Position numbers and translations under genes: made by a program
From: Candidatus Cloacimonadales bacterium
GTDB lineage: Bacteria > Cloacimonadota > Cloacimonadia > Cloacimonadales > JAFGVF01
Direction: 5' to 3'
Assembly: GCA_963662585.1 (NCBI GenBank)
Contig: OY759729.1
Coordinates: forward strand, 2,080,001-2,144,000
DNA length: 64,000 nt
Part shown: positions 36,239 through 46,094 of the stretch, in pieces
Numbering within the stretch: the first letter of the stretch is position 1
Layout of the letters: each line of letters begins with the position of its first letter
The notes under the pieces: generated by a model
Told to the model about the DNA's origin: nothing
Database searches by the model: none
Seen by the model: only the letters and a program-made list of their open reading frames with translations

Positions 36239-36837
36239 TGAGTGCTATGAAAGAATTCACTAAAGGCTTTATTAAAGAGAATCCAGTATTTATCTTGGTT
36301 CTCGGTATGTGTCCAACACTCGCTGTTACCTCTTCAGTTCAAGATGCTCTCGGAATGGGTCTATCAGCCACTTTCGTTCTTCTCTGTTCCAATATAATCG
36401 TCTCTTTAATTAAGGGAATCGTTCCTACTAAAATCAGAATCCCTATGTTTATCGTGGTTATTGCTACCTTTGTTACTATCGTTGATATGGCAATGGCTGC
36501 TTTTATGCCACCACTTCATAAATCATTAGGACTCTTCATCCCCCTTATCGTGGTGAATTGTATTATCTTAGGAAGAGCTGAAGCTTTTGCTTCCAAGAAT
36601 AATGTCTTTATGTCTATGATTGATGCTTTGGGAATGGGACTAGGTTTCACCTTTGCTTTAGTAGTTCTTGGAACAATTAGAGAATTACTCGGTGCTGGTA
36701 AAATCTTAGGTTTCCCAATCCTTCCTCAAGCTTATCAAGATAACCCAATGTTGGTTGCTATTTTAGCTCCTGGTGCTTTTATTACTTTAGGATTTATTCT
36801 TGCAGTTATCAATCTACTTAATAAGAGAGGTAAATAA
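36238..36837 (+). CDS. rnfE: Rnf complex subunit E
   Basis: ENP..LGMCPTLAV and PLIVVNCIILGRAE. Confidence 0.96.
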   Translation: MSAMKEFTKGFIKENPVFILVLGMCPTLAVTSSVQDALGMGLSATFVLLCSNIIVSLIKGIVPTKIRIPMFIVVIATFVTIVDMAMAAFMPPLHKSLGLFIPLIVVNCIILGRAEAFASKNNVFMSMIDALGMGLGFTFALVVLGTIRELLGAGKILGFPILPQAYQDNPMLVAILAPGAFITLGFILAVINLLNKRGK

Positions 36838-37436
36838 TGGAATTATTAAGTCAAATAATGATCATGGCCGTCGGTGCCATATTTATAAACAACTTCGTCT
36901 TAGCTAAGTTTCTTGGAATCTGTCCTTACCTTGGTGTTTCCAAAAAGTTGGATTCAGCCTTGGGTATGGGAATGGCAGTTATCTTCGTGATGACTATGGC
37001 TTCTGCTATCACTTGGTTAATTCAAACTTATCTACTAGTACCTTTTAAAATAGAATATTTGCAGACTATTGCCTTTATTCTTACTATCGCATCTTTAGTG
37101 CAATTTGTGGAAATGGTCATTCAAAAGAATGCTCCTGCTCTCTATAAATCACTTGGTGTTTTCCTTCCTCTAATCACTACAAACTGTGCTGTTCTCGGTG
37201 TGGCTATTCTTAACTTAACTGCCGATAACGGACTTCCTTACAACTTTGGATTTTCTATTCTTAATGGATTCTTCTCTGGTGTTGGTTTTACAGTTGTCTT
37301 AGTGCTTATGGCAGGAATTAGAGAGAAACTTGAATACGCAGAACTTCCTGCTTCAATGAAGGGTATGCCGATTGCTCTCATTATTGCAGGTTCAATGGCT
37401 TTAGCTTTTCTTGGCTTTGCCGGCTTAAAGTTTTAA
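36837..37436 (+). CDS. rnfA: Rnf complex subunit A
   Basis: NFVLAKFLGICP and PLITTNCAVLG. Confidence 0.96.
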   Translation: MELLSQIMIMAVGAIFINNFVLAKFLGICPYLGVSKKLDSALGMGMAVIFVMTMASAITWLIQTYLLVPFKIEYLQTIAFILTIASLVQFVEMVIQKNAPALYKSLGVFLPLITTNCAVLGVAILNLTADNGLPYNFGFSILNGFFSGVGFTVVLVLMAGIREKLEYAELPASMKGMPIALIIAGSMALAFLGFAGLKF

Positions 37437-37442
37437 GGAGTG

Positions 37443-38438
37443 ATGATGATAGAAACTATATTAATACCAATTGGTGTTGTAGGTGGATTAGGACTGCTCT
37501 ATGGCTTAGGCCTAGCTGTTGCTTCTAAGAAATTCCATGTGGAAATAGACCCTCGAGTAGAACAAATTATTGGTGTCTTACCAGGAGCGAATTGCGGTGC
37601 TTGTGGAAAACCAGGTTGTGCTGGCTATGCAGAAGCAATCGTTACTGAAGGTGCTCCTCTTAATGCTTGTGCCCCAGGTGGAGCAGATACTGTTGCTCTT
37701 ATTGCTGGCATTATGGGTCAAACCGCTACTGCAGGTCAGAGAAAAGTTGCTTATATTCATTGTGCAAGTGGTGGCACTAAAACTACCAAACTTAAATATG
37801 AATATCAAGGCATCTCAACTTGTAAGGCTGCTGTGAATGTTTCCCAAGGTCCAAACCTCTGTACTTTCGGTTGTGTAGGACTCAATGACTGCTTTGATGC
37901 CTGTCCTTTCGATGCTATAATTATTGATGAAAATAACCAAAGAATTATAGATGAAGCTAAGTGTACTGCTTGTGGAGCTTGTGTCAAAGCTTGTCCACGC
38001 AATCTTATTGAGCTTATTCCAGAAGATAAAGTTGTAAGAATCGACTGTTCTTCTCACGATTTTGGAGCTCTTCCAAAACAAGTTTGCGGTGCAGGTCATC
38101 CTTGTATCGGTTGTGGTATCTGTGCCAAGAATTGCCCTGTCGATGCTATTACTATGGATGGACAACTTGCTGTTATCGATTATGAAAAGTGTATCAATTG
38201 CGGTATCTGTGCAACTAAATGCCCAACTAAGGCTATTGAAGATGCTCTTAAAGGAATGCGAAAGAAAGCCTATATTACAGACGAAAAATGTATTGGTTGC
38301 ACTATCTGTGCTAAGAAATGCCCAGTTGGGGCTATTACAGGAAACCTAAAAGAAGTTCATCATATCGACCAAGATAAATGTGTTGGCTGTGGTATCTGTG
38401 AAGAGAAATGTCCTAAAAAAGCTATTGAAATGAGATGA
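37443..38438 (+). CDS. rnfB: Rnf complex subunit B (polyferredoxin type)
   Basis: LPGANCGACG.PGC plus about 6 CxxCxxCxxxCP-type motifs. Confidence 0.95.
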   Translation: MMIETILIPIGVVGGLGLLYGLGLAVASKKFHVEIDPRVEQIIGVLPGANCGACGKPGCAGYAEAIVTEGAPLNACAPGGADTVALIAGIMGQTATAGQRKVAYIHCASGGTKTTKLKYEYQGISTCKAAVNVSQGPNLCTFGCVGLNDCFDACPFDAIIIDENNQRIIDEAKCTACGACVKACPRNLIELIPEDKVVRIDCSSHDFGALPKQVCGAGHPCIGCGICAKNCPVDAITMDGQLAVIDYEKCINCGICATKCPTKAIEDALKGMRKKAYITDEKCIGCTICAKKCPVGAITGNLKEVHHIDQDKCVGCGICEEKCPKKAIEMR

Positions 38439-38440
38439 TA

Positions 38441-38627
38441 ACTGGGAATGTGGACATCCTTGTCCGCATCTTATAATAATAAAAAAAACTTAATCATAAA
38501 AAACCCCTTCTAATTACAGAGGGGGTTGTTTTTTTTATTCTCTTTTAAAGATAATACTTGCAGGGTGATCCGTGGATAGATTCTCTTCAAATATTTAAGA
38601 TGCCTGCAAGATGCAAGCATTCCCAGT
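38441..38627. repeat. REP doublet (REPIN-like) enclosing the rnf terminator
   Basis: ACTGGGAATGTGGACATCCTTGTCCGCAT ... ATGCCTGCAAGATGCAAGCATTCCCAGT in inverted orientation; related unit at 14792. Confidence 0.65.
38499..38537 (+). terminator. rnf operon terminator
   Basis: AACCCCTTCT...AGAGGGGGTT followed by a T-run. Confidence 0.75.
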
Positions 38628-38969
38628 AATTTGTGTAAAAGTTTTCTTTCTTCAAAACTCTGTGAAACTCTGTGTTAAGGTTTTTCTTCCTGTAATCAGT
38701 GTAATCTGTTGCTAAAGCTCTTTCTCTTCATCACAACTCTGTGTTAGGATACTCTCCTATACCTTCATTTTACTATACTATAGCAATATATATTACTAAT
38801 TACTCTTTACATATAGTCAAGCAAATAAAGTTAAACTACCAAAATTACAATTTTATTCTTTTTTATATCTACTCTCAGACTAAATCACATTTTATTTCTT
38901 TCACACAAAAAGCTTGACATTTGAATCCAATCTAATATGTTAAGTTAACTTTGAATCAAGAGGTTTGAA

Positions 38970-39911
38970 ATGATTAATTTTTTAATTAGATTATTTTCTC
39001 AGCTAAAGAGCAATTGTTCTTTATCCTATGAAGGTAGTTGGGATGGAGATTTCTGGGGGACAGGGATTCTGAATAACAATGATGTGTCATACAGAGTCGA
39101 CAAAGGGATTACTAGATTTGTAACAGAGAATATGGAGACTTGGGGAGATTCAAAATCTGTAGAAAGCTCACTATCTTCATATCTTGAGTTTCATAAAATG
39201 AACATTGATGATTATATTCATAGTATCTTTAAGGCCTATTATGATAATGAGAAGGCATTATTAGAAAACATATCATGGATTAATGAAATTGTTTCTGATA
39301 ATAAACACATTTTGGAGATTGCTTGTGGACCAAGTGGAGGATTATCCCCTTTAATCCTGAAGCAAAACCCTAATGCAAAAATACTGATGAATGACTTAAG
39401 CTTTTTTATTCTGAATCAATGGAATTTAATTAAGAAGAAGTATGATTTTCATAATCTATATTTCTCACTTTTTGATTTAACTAATTCTCCTTTAAAAGAC
39501 AAAACATTTGATATTATCACAAGTATTTTGGCTTTTGAAAGCACTTGCAATCCAAGTAAAGCTATCCAAGAAAGTTATAGAATGTTGAAACAAGATGGAG
39601 TGCTGTATAGTAAAAATTTCGAATTTACTAAAAATACTAAGAATCAATTTTCAGATAGCTTGTTCAAAGCAATCTTGCAGGAAAAAGAAGTAGCTAAGAT
39701 ATTTAACCCACAGGCTTTAATTACTATTTTAAAACAGAAGAAGACAACATCAATTTTAACGGATTTAAATTATTGTGGTTTTAGAATTAAGGATTATGAA
39801 ACTATCCAGCAATTAACAATCTTACCTGAAGAAAGTGAGATTGCAAAAGCTCTAGCATTATTTGATATTTCTTTGGAATCTGAATATATTAAAATCAAAG
39901 CCATTAAATAA
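38970..39911 (+). CDS. class I SAM-dependent methyltransferase
   Basis: ILEIACGPSG, P.KDKTFD and E..RMLK.DG. Confidence 0.85.
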   Translation: MINFLIRLFSQLKSNCSLSYEGSWDGDFWGTGILNNNDVSYRVDKGITRFVTENMETWGDSKSVESSLSSYLEFHKMNIDDYIHSIFKAYYDNEKALLENISWINEIVSDNKHILEIACGPSGGLSPLILKQNPNAKILMNDLSFFILNQWNLIKKKYDFHNLYFSLFDLTNSPLKDKTFDIITSILAFESTCNPSKAIQESYRMLKQDGVLYSKNFEFTKNTKNQFSDSLFKAILQEKEVAKIFNPQALITILKQKKTTSILTDLNYCGFRIKDYETIQQLTILPEESEIAKALALFDISLESEYIKIKAIK

Positions 39912-40438
39912 GTATTCCTCTTATAGTTATAGGTATATGGTACAATGTCTGTTCGCTTATTATCCAATTTTGTTAGCATGTTAGATTTTCCTATGAATCA
40001 TAAAAGTTTTGAACTGTAAAGACCGCGAATACAGCTTTTTCTATGGCTCTCTGTTAAGTAGAGTGGCTACTAACTATAATTCTTAAGAAAAACTTCTTTT
40101 TTAAACTTTCAGCTAATGGCGGACGAAGACATCCAGACTGTGAAAAAGAAATAATCTATCCACGGATTTCACTAATTACACTAAGATGTAGATTAACAAT
40201 TTATGGAGTTGCATAAAATCTCTAAAATTAATAAAATCATTATTGTAATTAAGCCAATCTTTTGAAGTTTCATCCTTATCTCCCACCTCTTTTTATATAT
40301 AAGACTTTTAATCTTGTATTTTCCTGCATTTTTTAATCAATACTTAATCATGACTCCTACAAACATTAATATGAGAAAAGCCCTGATAGGTTTATCAGAG
40401 CTTTATCTTTTATAGCTTATTGTTTGTTATGTGGAGTC

Positions 40439-40843
40439 TTATTCGATAGTAATCTGTTTTGCAGGTTCAATCTGTTTTTTCTTGATAATTAGATCAAGAA
40501 CCCCATTGTCTAGTTTCGCTGTGATGTTATTGCCTTCACAATTTTCAGGAAGAGACAAAGTTCTCATATATTTTCCTGAGAATCTTTCTTCTCTATGAAT
40601 TGTAGCATTTTCGACTTTATTCTCAACTTTCTTTTCAGCTTCAATAGTTAACTGATTATTGTTTAGCGATACTTTTATATCTTTTTTGTCAAAACCTGGA
40701 AGGTCGGCCTTGATAATAAATTCATTTTCATTTTCAATAATATCAAGAGCCATCCTTCTAAAATCATTAGCTTCAAAACCATTCATCAACTCATCAAACA
40801 ATGACCATGTTGGTGTGTTATTTCTTGTTCTTAAGAAGTTCAT
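40439..40843 (-). CDS. Hsp20/alpha-crystallin small heat shock protein
   Basis: ADLPG, ERFSGKYMR..LP and A.LDNGVL; ATG at 40843 follows GGAGG. Confidence 0.95.
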   Translation of the reverse strand: MNFLRTRNNTPTWSLFDELMNGFEANDFRRMALDIIENENEFIIKADLPGFDKKDIKVSLNNNQLTIEAEKKVENKVENATIHREERFSGKYMRTLSLPENCEGNNITAKLDNGVLDLIIKKKQIEPAKQITIE

Positions 40844-40919
40844 AATTTCCTCCATATTTATTATTTTATTAAACTCTGTAATATTAAAATAACTGATAGA
40901 AATAAAAAAGCAAATTTTT

Positions 40920-40946
40920 TTAGCAGTTATTTGTTATGACTGCTAG
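40920..40946 (-). promoter_or_regulatory. CIRCE-like operator upstream of hsp20
   Basis: CTAGCAGTC-N9-AACTGCTAA on the minus strand. Confidence 0.7.
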
Positions 40947-41165
40947 TTTATTCTAAAAATGTCTATTTTACAGGCTTTTGCTATTTAATTTTTTTCGTTA
41001 TCGGTGAATCTACACCTTATTTGATTAGGGTCATTTTGTGCATCTCTTCTTTTTCCTTAGCTTTTAATTTATAGAAATAGACTCCTGAGCTAACCTTATC
41101 CTAGCTTGGTTATCGCCATGCCAAGTAATTTTATGCTTTCTTAAATCCTGCACTTCGTTAACAAC

Positions 41166-41310
41166 TAGATTTAACCCAAATAATGCAGTATATCTTTTAG
41201 AATAGCATTATATTCATTTGCTAAAGCATTTTACATAATTTCTCAGAGTATATATATTATAGGCTGATAAATTCTGTAAAACCTTTATCAAAAAGAATCT
41301 GTTCTCTTCT
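41166..41310. repeat. diverged direct repeat, copy 1 (partner at 45448-45592)
   Basis: Shared collinear blocks TTTAACCCAAATAAT.CAGTA, AATAGCATTATATTC, AAATTCTGTAAA and GAATCTG..CTCTTC. Confidence 0.7.
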
Positions 41311-41497
41311 GTAAAGCTCTATTGCACCAGTGGGGTTTAAAGAATCTACAATATTATTCAAATTATTAGTTAGCAATAGTTATATTAGATTCCTCACAAA
41401 CTTTAGGTCAATCAAACAAAATTGTATTACATTTAGAAAAGTGCTAACTAAATAAATGATTGTTTATTTTGCATCCAAATTCACTTAATGAGCTATT

Positions 41498-41592
41498 AAA
41501 AAAAGCCTCGCATTTTCGCGAGGCCTTTATATTTTTTATTTTAGTGAAAGTAACACTCCTTGTATCCCTCTCAAAGAGAGGGATAACAAGGT
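41498..41592 (-). terminator. tandem terminator hairpins after the C25 protease gene
   Basis: CCTTGT..CCCTCTC/GAGAGGG..ACAAGG hairpin, and GCCTCGC/GCGAGGC hairpin with a T-run on the minus strand. Confidence 0.7.
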
Positions 41593-41596
41593 TTGT

Positions 41597-44500
41597 CTAT
41601 TTCATTAATATCATTTTGGAAGTTTTTGAATATTCTTTAGTAGTCATTTTATAGAAGTAAACGCCTGAAGAAACGCTTCTGTTATTACTATCTTTACCAT
41701 TCCAAACAACATTATGGTTTCCTGCTGATCTATTTTCACTTAGGAGAGTTTTTACTTTTTGACCTAAGATATTATAGATAACAACTTCAACTTTTCCAGC
41801 TTTATTCATACCGAAAGAGATTGTAGTTTCAGGGTTGAAAGGATTAGGATAGTTTCCTTTGAGTGAAGTAACCGCTGGGATTAACTCGTTATCATTAGAA
41901 ACAGGGTTAGCAATACCTGATAAATAGATGATGATTTGATTGTTTTCTGGATCATCAGTAGTTATTGTAGCTTCATTTGAGAAGTCTTGGTCTCTTGAAG
42001 GAGAGAAGACTAAAGTATATTCAAGTTCAGCACTAGGTTGAATACTGAAGTTAAGTGAATTAACAAGTTCTTCATCATCGTTTAAGATAAAGAAAGGGTC
42101 TTGAACTTGGATAGAAACAATACCTATACCATCACCAAGATTAGATAAGTTAAGTGGAAGTTCAGCAGTTTCACCAACTAATATTTCACCAAAATTGAAA
42201 TCAGTAGTAGTAACTGAAATTTCTGGAGTACCAGGAGCTTGACCACCAGCAGGAGGGAAGGTAACATCATCAAGATAGAAACAGTCATCGTTACTATCAA
42301 CCATATAATCTTTTGAGTAAGTCCACTGGAAAACATTTTCACCAGCAGCTACATCAAACGTATAATTTTCCCAGCCTGTATCACCACTTAAGTGAAGTTC
42401 TTGTTGGCCATTAATGCTGAAATCAACGAAGTCATAGTTAGCTTCAGAAGAAACATGCATCCAGAAACTGAATTCAGCAGCTTGAGCTGAAGTATAAGTC
42501 ACAGATATTGAAGTTGAACCACTAGGCCCAATATCAGCTGATTTTAAACTATACTGACCAGAGTGAGCATTAGTTGAGAAAGTATAATTATCATCAGTAT
42601 CCCAGCCAAAGCCTGTTAAAGATTGAGATTCAAAATCTTCTACAGATAAGCCAACAAAAGCTGAATATTCCATAGCAGTATTGAAGCTTCCGTATTGAGC
42701 TGAAAAGTCGAAGATTAACTCTTCACCAGTAGCTATTTGGCTACTAAGCATAATTTCGAATGATAATTCTTGGTTTCCATTAACATCAAGATTTTCGATT
42801 TGGATATTATTGGTTTCGGCAAGAACCATTCCAATAGGATAGCTAATAGTTACATTAGTTAATTCTGCATTGTAGGCACCATCATTAGTTACAGGAAGTG
42901 ATAACATAAAAGTTTCGCCTGCATCCATTCTTTGATTGCCGTTACCTATTACCTCAGTAGCTTCGATTTCTCCAAAAGTAATCACAGGAGCTTGGTTAGT
43001 TAAGTTTAACTGATACTCCCATTCATTTGCACCATTGTCAGCAGTAATATTAACTGTGAAAGGAATCATATAATCATTAGCAATATTGTGAGGAATTGAT
43101 ATAGTGAAAGCATCAGCTGGAAGTGAGATTACTTGGTCAGCTGAGATGTTTTCAACAGTAACTTCATTATTTTCAATGATTACGCCAGCTTCAGTTGAAG
43201 ATAAGGTAATAGTAAGATCTGATGAAGTATCAACACCAACATTTTTGATATCAAAAGTGAAGTTTCCATTGTAGCCGATATGAGTTGTTGTAGTTGGAAT
43301 ATTATCAATAACAACGAAAGAACCTTCCGCAGCAGTGATAGTTACTGGCTCTACAGCAGTAATTTTATTAAAAGCTGTAACAGTAAGAGTTAATTCAACT
43401 GGATTAACAGGAACATTTTCTAAATTAAGAGTAATATTACCAGTAGCATTTGTATAGCCACTAGCAAGAAGATCACCATTGTAAGAAATAGCTACTAAAG
43501 AGTTTGCCTCTCCTGTATTTACTGTATATTCTGAAGATCCAACAAAAAGAATACCTGAATGAGTTAAAGTTAATTCTTCAGGGATATCAGTTCTTACTTG
43601 TAGAGATGCGTCACCAAAGATATGCCATGTTTCATACATATCTATACCATCAGAGCCATAAGCATCCATCATAGCACATGAACCACTATAGTAGAGTCCA
43701 CCGATAGTTGAAAGTTCTTCACCAACTAAAAGGTCAGTGATTTCATCTTCACCACGCATTGGAGAGTTCCAAGATTGGTTAATTGTAGATGCATACATTG
43801 CCATAGCACCAGTTGGACTACCATTATGAGTAGCTCTTAACCATGCTTCAGCAAAACAGGTAGTATTTACAAAGTTACCGTTAACACAGGCAACAGAAAC
43901 GATGAAAGGAAGTTTTCCAACATTGGTTAAGTTATTAACATGGCTATTAGAAAACCCAGTTGTTACCCAAGAGGTATTTGAACCATGACCAACATAATTA
44001 CCAAAACCTCTACCTTCGTTAATTGCATTAGCTACATGAGTAGTATTAGCACTAGGAGCATAGATCTGGTCAACTGTATCATAGTTATAACCAAGTAGAT
44101 CTGTTCTGATTAAGTTCATGTGTTGAATATCAGATTCACCCATATCACCTTGACTTCCTCCACCTTCACCAGAGGCAATACCGAATGCTTTTCTAAGGTA
44201 GGTAGAAGATGAATTTTCATCTCTTTCATAAGAAATAGTTCTTTCTACTTGAGTAGCTAATTGATCTACTGTTTCAGCAGAGAATCTACCTATGAAGATA
44301 TCAGGGTAAGAGTCATTACCAGCAACAAGAGCAAACATTGGATCCGCTCCACCACCACCTGAAGATAAAGTTGCTACTTGAGCAGCATCACCAGCGATTT
44401 GAACAAATGCTAAATCGTCGTGAGTGTTATAATAATTTTGAATATAATTTTTAATACTGTTTGCATTGTTACCAATAGTTGCGATATCTACCATTTCAGT

Positions 44501-45277
44501 AGGAATACCTTTTTGGATTTTCCAATCTACATATAATTGCATAGTTGGGAAATAGTTTTGAGGAGCAATAACTAAGATTGTTCCAAACTCATCTAAAGGA
44601 TCATATCTGTTAACTTCGTAGTTTAAAAAGTGATTTTTGTACATAAAATCAAATGATTCTACATTCTTGACACTACGAGTAAGAATGTTTGCACCTGCTT
44701 CAGAACTATTTGCTACAGCTACTCTTATGCTTGTGTAAACTCTTAGTACATTAGTAGCAGGATTGTATTGGAAAGGATTGAAAGTAACAGTAACACCACG
44801 ATAATTTCTCATGATATAGGCTGAACCTAAAGTAGACACTTCACTTGGGAAGAAATTATCTTCTTCATAAACATCGCTAAATGTATATGGAACAGTAGCA
44901 GGATCAATATCTCTAGTGATAACACCCTTAGAAGGAGCAACAGCTAAATTGAAATCTGTATACTCTGAGAATATTACTCTCATTTCAGGTTTTGAATTAT
45001 CATTAATAATGATACTTCTACTAACTGTAGGAACTTCTGGAGCTCCCATAATATAAGTTTCTGCTTCTTTATCTAAGCTAATTTGATTAAAAGTTTGACC
45101 ATCAATTACTACTTCTTCTTTATTGAAATAACCAAGAGTCATCTCAATAACTGTTTGATTCGCGTCCGATTCTATTAAGTTAACCTGATTATCAGAGTTT
45201 CCTACTCTAACAACCTCTGCACTCAAAGTAATGAGCGTGGTTAACATTAACAATACTACTAAAAGGCTTCTTTTCAT
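41597..45277 (-). CDS. gingipain-like C25 cysteine peptidase with propeptide, Ig-like domains and FlgD-Ig/T9SS-like tail
   Basis: Signal peptide, propeptide (APSKG), IGRFSA, catalytic YVGHGS and VACVNG, and GNYPNPFNP tail. Confidence 0.92.
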   Translation of the reverse strand: MKRSLLVVLLMLTTLITLSAEVVRVGNSDNQVNLIESDANQTVIEMTLGYFNKEEVVIDGQTFNQISLDKEAETYIMGAPEVPTVSRSIIINDNSKPEMRVIFSEYTDFNLAVAPSKGVITRDIDPATVPYTFSDVYEEDNFFPSEVSTLGSAYIMRNYRGVTVTFNPFQYNPATNVLRVYTSIRVAVANSSEAGANILTRSVKNVESFDFMYKNHFLNYEVNRYDPLDEFGTILVIAPQNYFPTMQLYVDWKIQKGIPTEMVDIATIGNNANSIKNYIQNYYNTHDDLAFVQIAGDAAQVATLSSGGGGADPMFALVAGNDSYPDIFIGRFSAETVDQLATQVERTISYERDENSSSTYLRKAFGIASGEGGGSQGDMGESDIQHMNLIRTDLLGYNYDTVDQIYAPSANTTHVANAINEGRGFGNYVGHGSNTSWVTTGFSNSHVNNLTNVGKLPFIVSVACVNGNFVNTTCFAEAWLRATHNGSPTGAMAMYASTINQSWNSPMRGEDEITDLLVGEELSTIGGLYYSGSCAMMDAYGSDGIDMYETWHIFGDASLQVRTDIPEELTLTHSGILFVGSSEYTVNTGEANSLVAISYNGDLLASGYTNATGNITLNLENVPVNPVELTLTVTAFNKITAVEPVTITAAEGSFVVIDNIPTTTTHIGYNGNFTFDIKNVGVDTSSDLTITLSSTEAGVIIENNEVTVENISADQVISLPADAFTISIPHNIANDYMIPFTVNITADNGANEWEYQLNLTNQAPVITFGEIEATEVIGNGNQRMDAGETFMLSLPVTNDGAYNAELTNVTISYPIGMVLAETNNIQIENLDVNGNQELSFEIMLSSQIATGEELIFDFSAQYGSFNTAMEYSAFVGLSVEDFESQSLTGFGWDTDDNYTFSTNAHSGQYSLKSADIGPSGSTSISVTYTSAQAAEFSFWMHVSSEANYDFVDFSINGQQELHLSGDTGWENYTFDVAAGENVFQWTYSKDYMVDSNDDCFYLDDVTFPPAGGQAPGTPEISVTTTDFNFGEILVGETAELPLNLSNLGDGIGIVSIQVQDPFFILNDDEELVNSLNFSIQPSAELEYTLVFSPSRDQDFSNEATITTDDPENNQIIIYLSGIANPVSNDNELIPAVTSLKGNYPNPFNPETTISFGMNKAGKVEVVIYNILGQKVKTLLSENRSAGNHNVVWNGKDSNNRSVSSGVYFYKMTTKEYSKTSKMILMK

Positions 45278-45343
45278 TTTTCCTCCATATTATCATAAAT
45301 CACATTATTTATCATACATTTATTTATATTTACATTAATTAAA

Positions 45344-45360
45344 TGCAAGAAAGGTACCAA
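45344..45360 (-). promoter_or_regulatory. putative sigma54 (-24/-12) promoter
   Basis: TTGGTACCTTTCTTGCA (GG-N10-GC) about 67 bp upstream of the C25 protease start. Confidence 0.6.
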
Positions 45361-45447
45361 TTTCAGAGAAAAGAATTTTAGTCAAGATAAAACAGCACTG
45401 TTTAGGTTTAGAAATGTAATAAATAGAAGAAATCAGATTATTTAGAA

Positions 45448-45592
45448 TTAGCTTTTAACCCAAATAATTCAGTAGAACTTTTTTAATAGCATTATATTCT
45501 TCTGCTATAGTAATTTCCATAATTTGGTCCGAATATATAAATATATGCAGGAAAATTCTGTAAATGATTTAGCTAGAGGAATCTGCACTCTT
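45448..45592. repeat. diverged direct repeat, copy 2
   Basis: Collinear similarity to 41166-41310. Confidence 0.7.
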
Positions 45593-45760
45593 CACAGGTG
45601 AGGCCGTAGCTTCAGCGAAGACTCATCAAAGTCTACTCCACTACCTGGTGTTAAGGTAATAATTAAGCATAAGTTAGATTAATCGCCAATTAGGTTAATT
45701 TTATGCTTGACACTATGAGTAGATAATTTATATTAGTAATATGAATGACTTGGAGTAAAT

Positions 45761-46069
45761 ATGGAAATCAGTTTCACTAAGAAAGAGTTAGAAAAATTAT
45801 ACGTACTTGGTAAAAGTAGTAAATATAAAATTGATAATATAGTTCTGAGAAAGTTCTTCACTAAAATGAAAATTATTACTTCAGCCAGAGATATCATGGA
45901 TTTGAGGAAGCCTCCCTCTAATCATTTTGAAAAACTTAGTGGAACTAATAGATATTCAATTAGAGTTAATAAGCAATATCGTTTAGAATTTGAGCTGGTG
46001 ATCTGTGAGGAAGATGAGAGTTTAAGCAAAGCAATTATTTGTGAATTATCAAAACACTACGAGAATTAA
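45761..46069 (+). CDS. higB: HigB-like (RelE/ParE superfamily) toxin
   Basis: F..KELEKL...DLRKPPSNHFEKL...YSIRVNKQYRLEF...HY. Confidence 0.88.
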   Translation: MEISFTKKELEKLYVLGKSSKYKIDNIVLRKFFTKMKIITSARDIMDLRKPPSNHFEKLSGTNRYSIRVNKQYRLEFELVICEEDESLSKAIICELSKHYEN

Positions 46070-46094
46070 TGAAAAGTGATAATAAGGAGAAATT

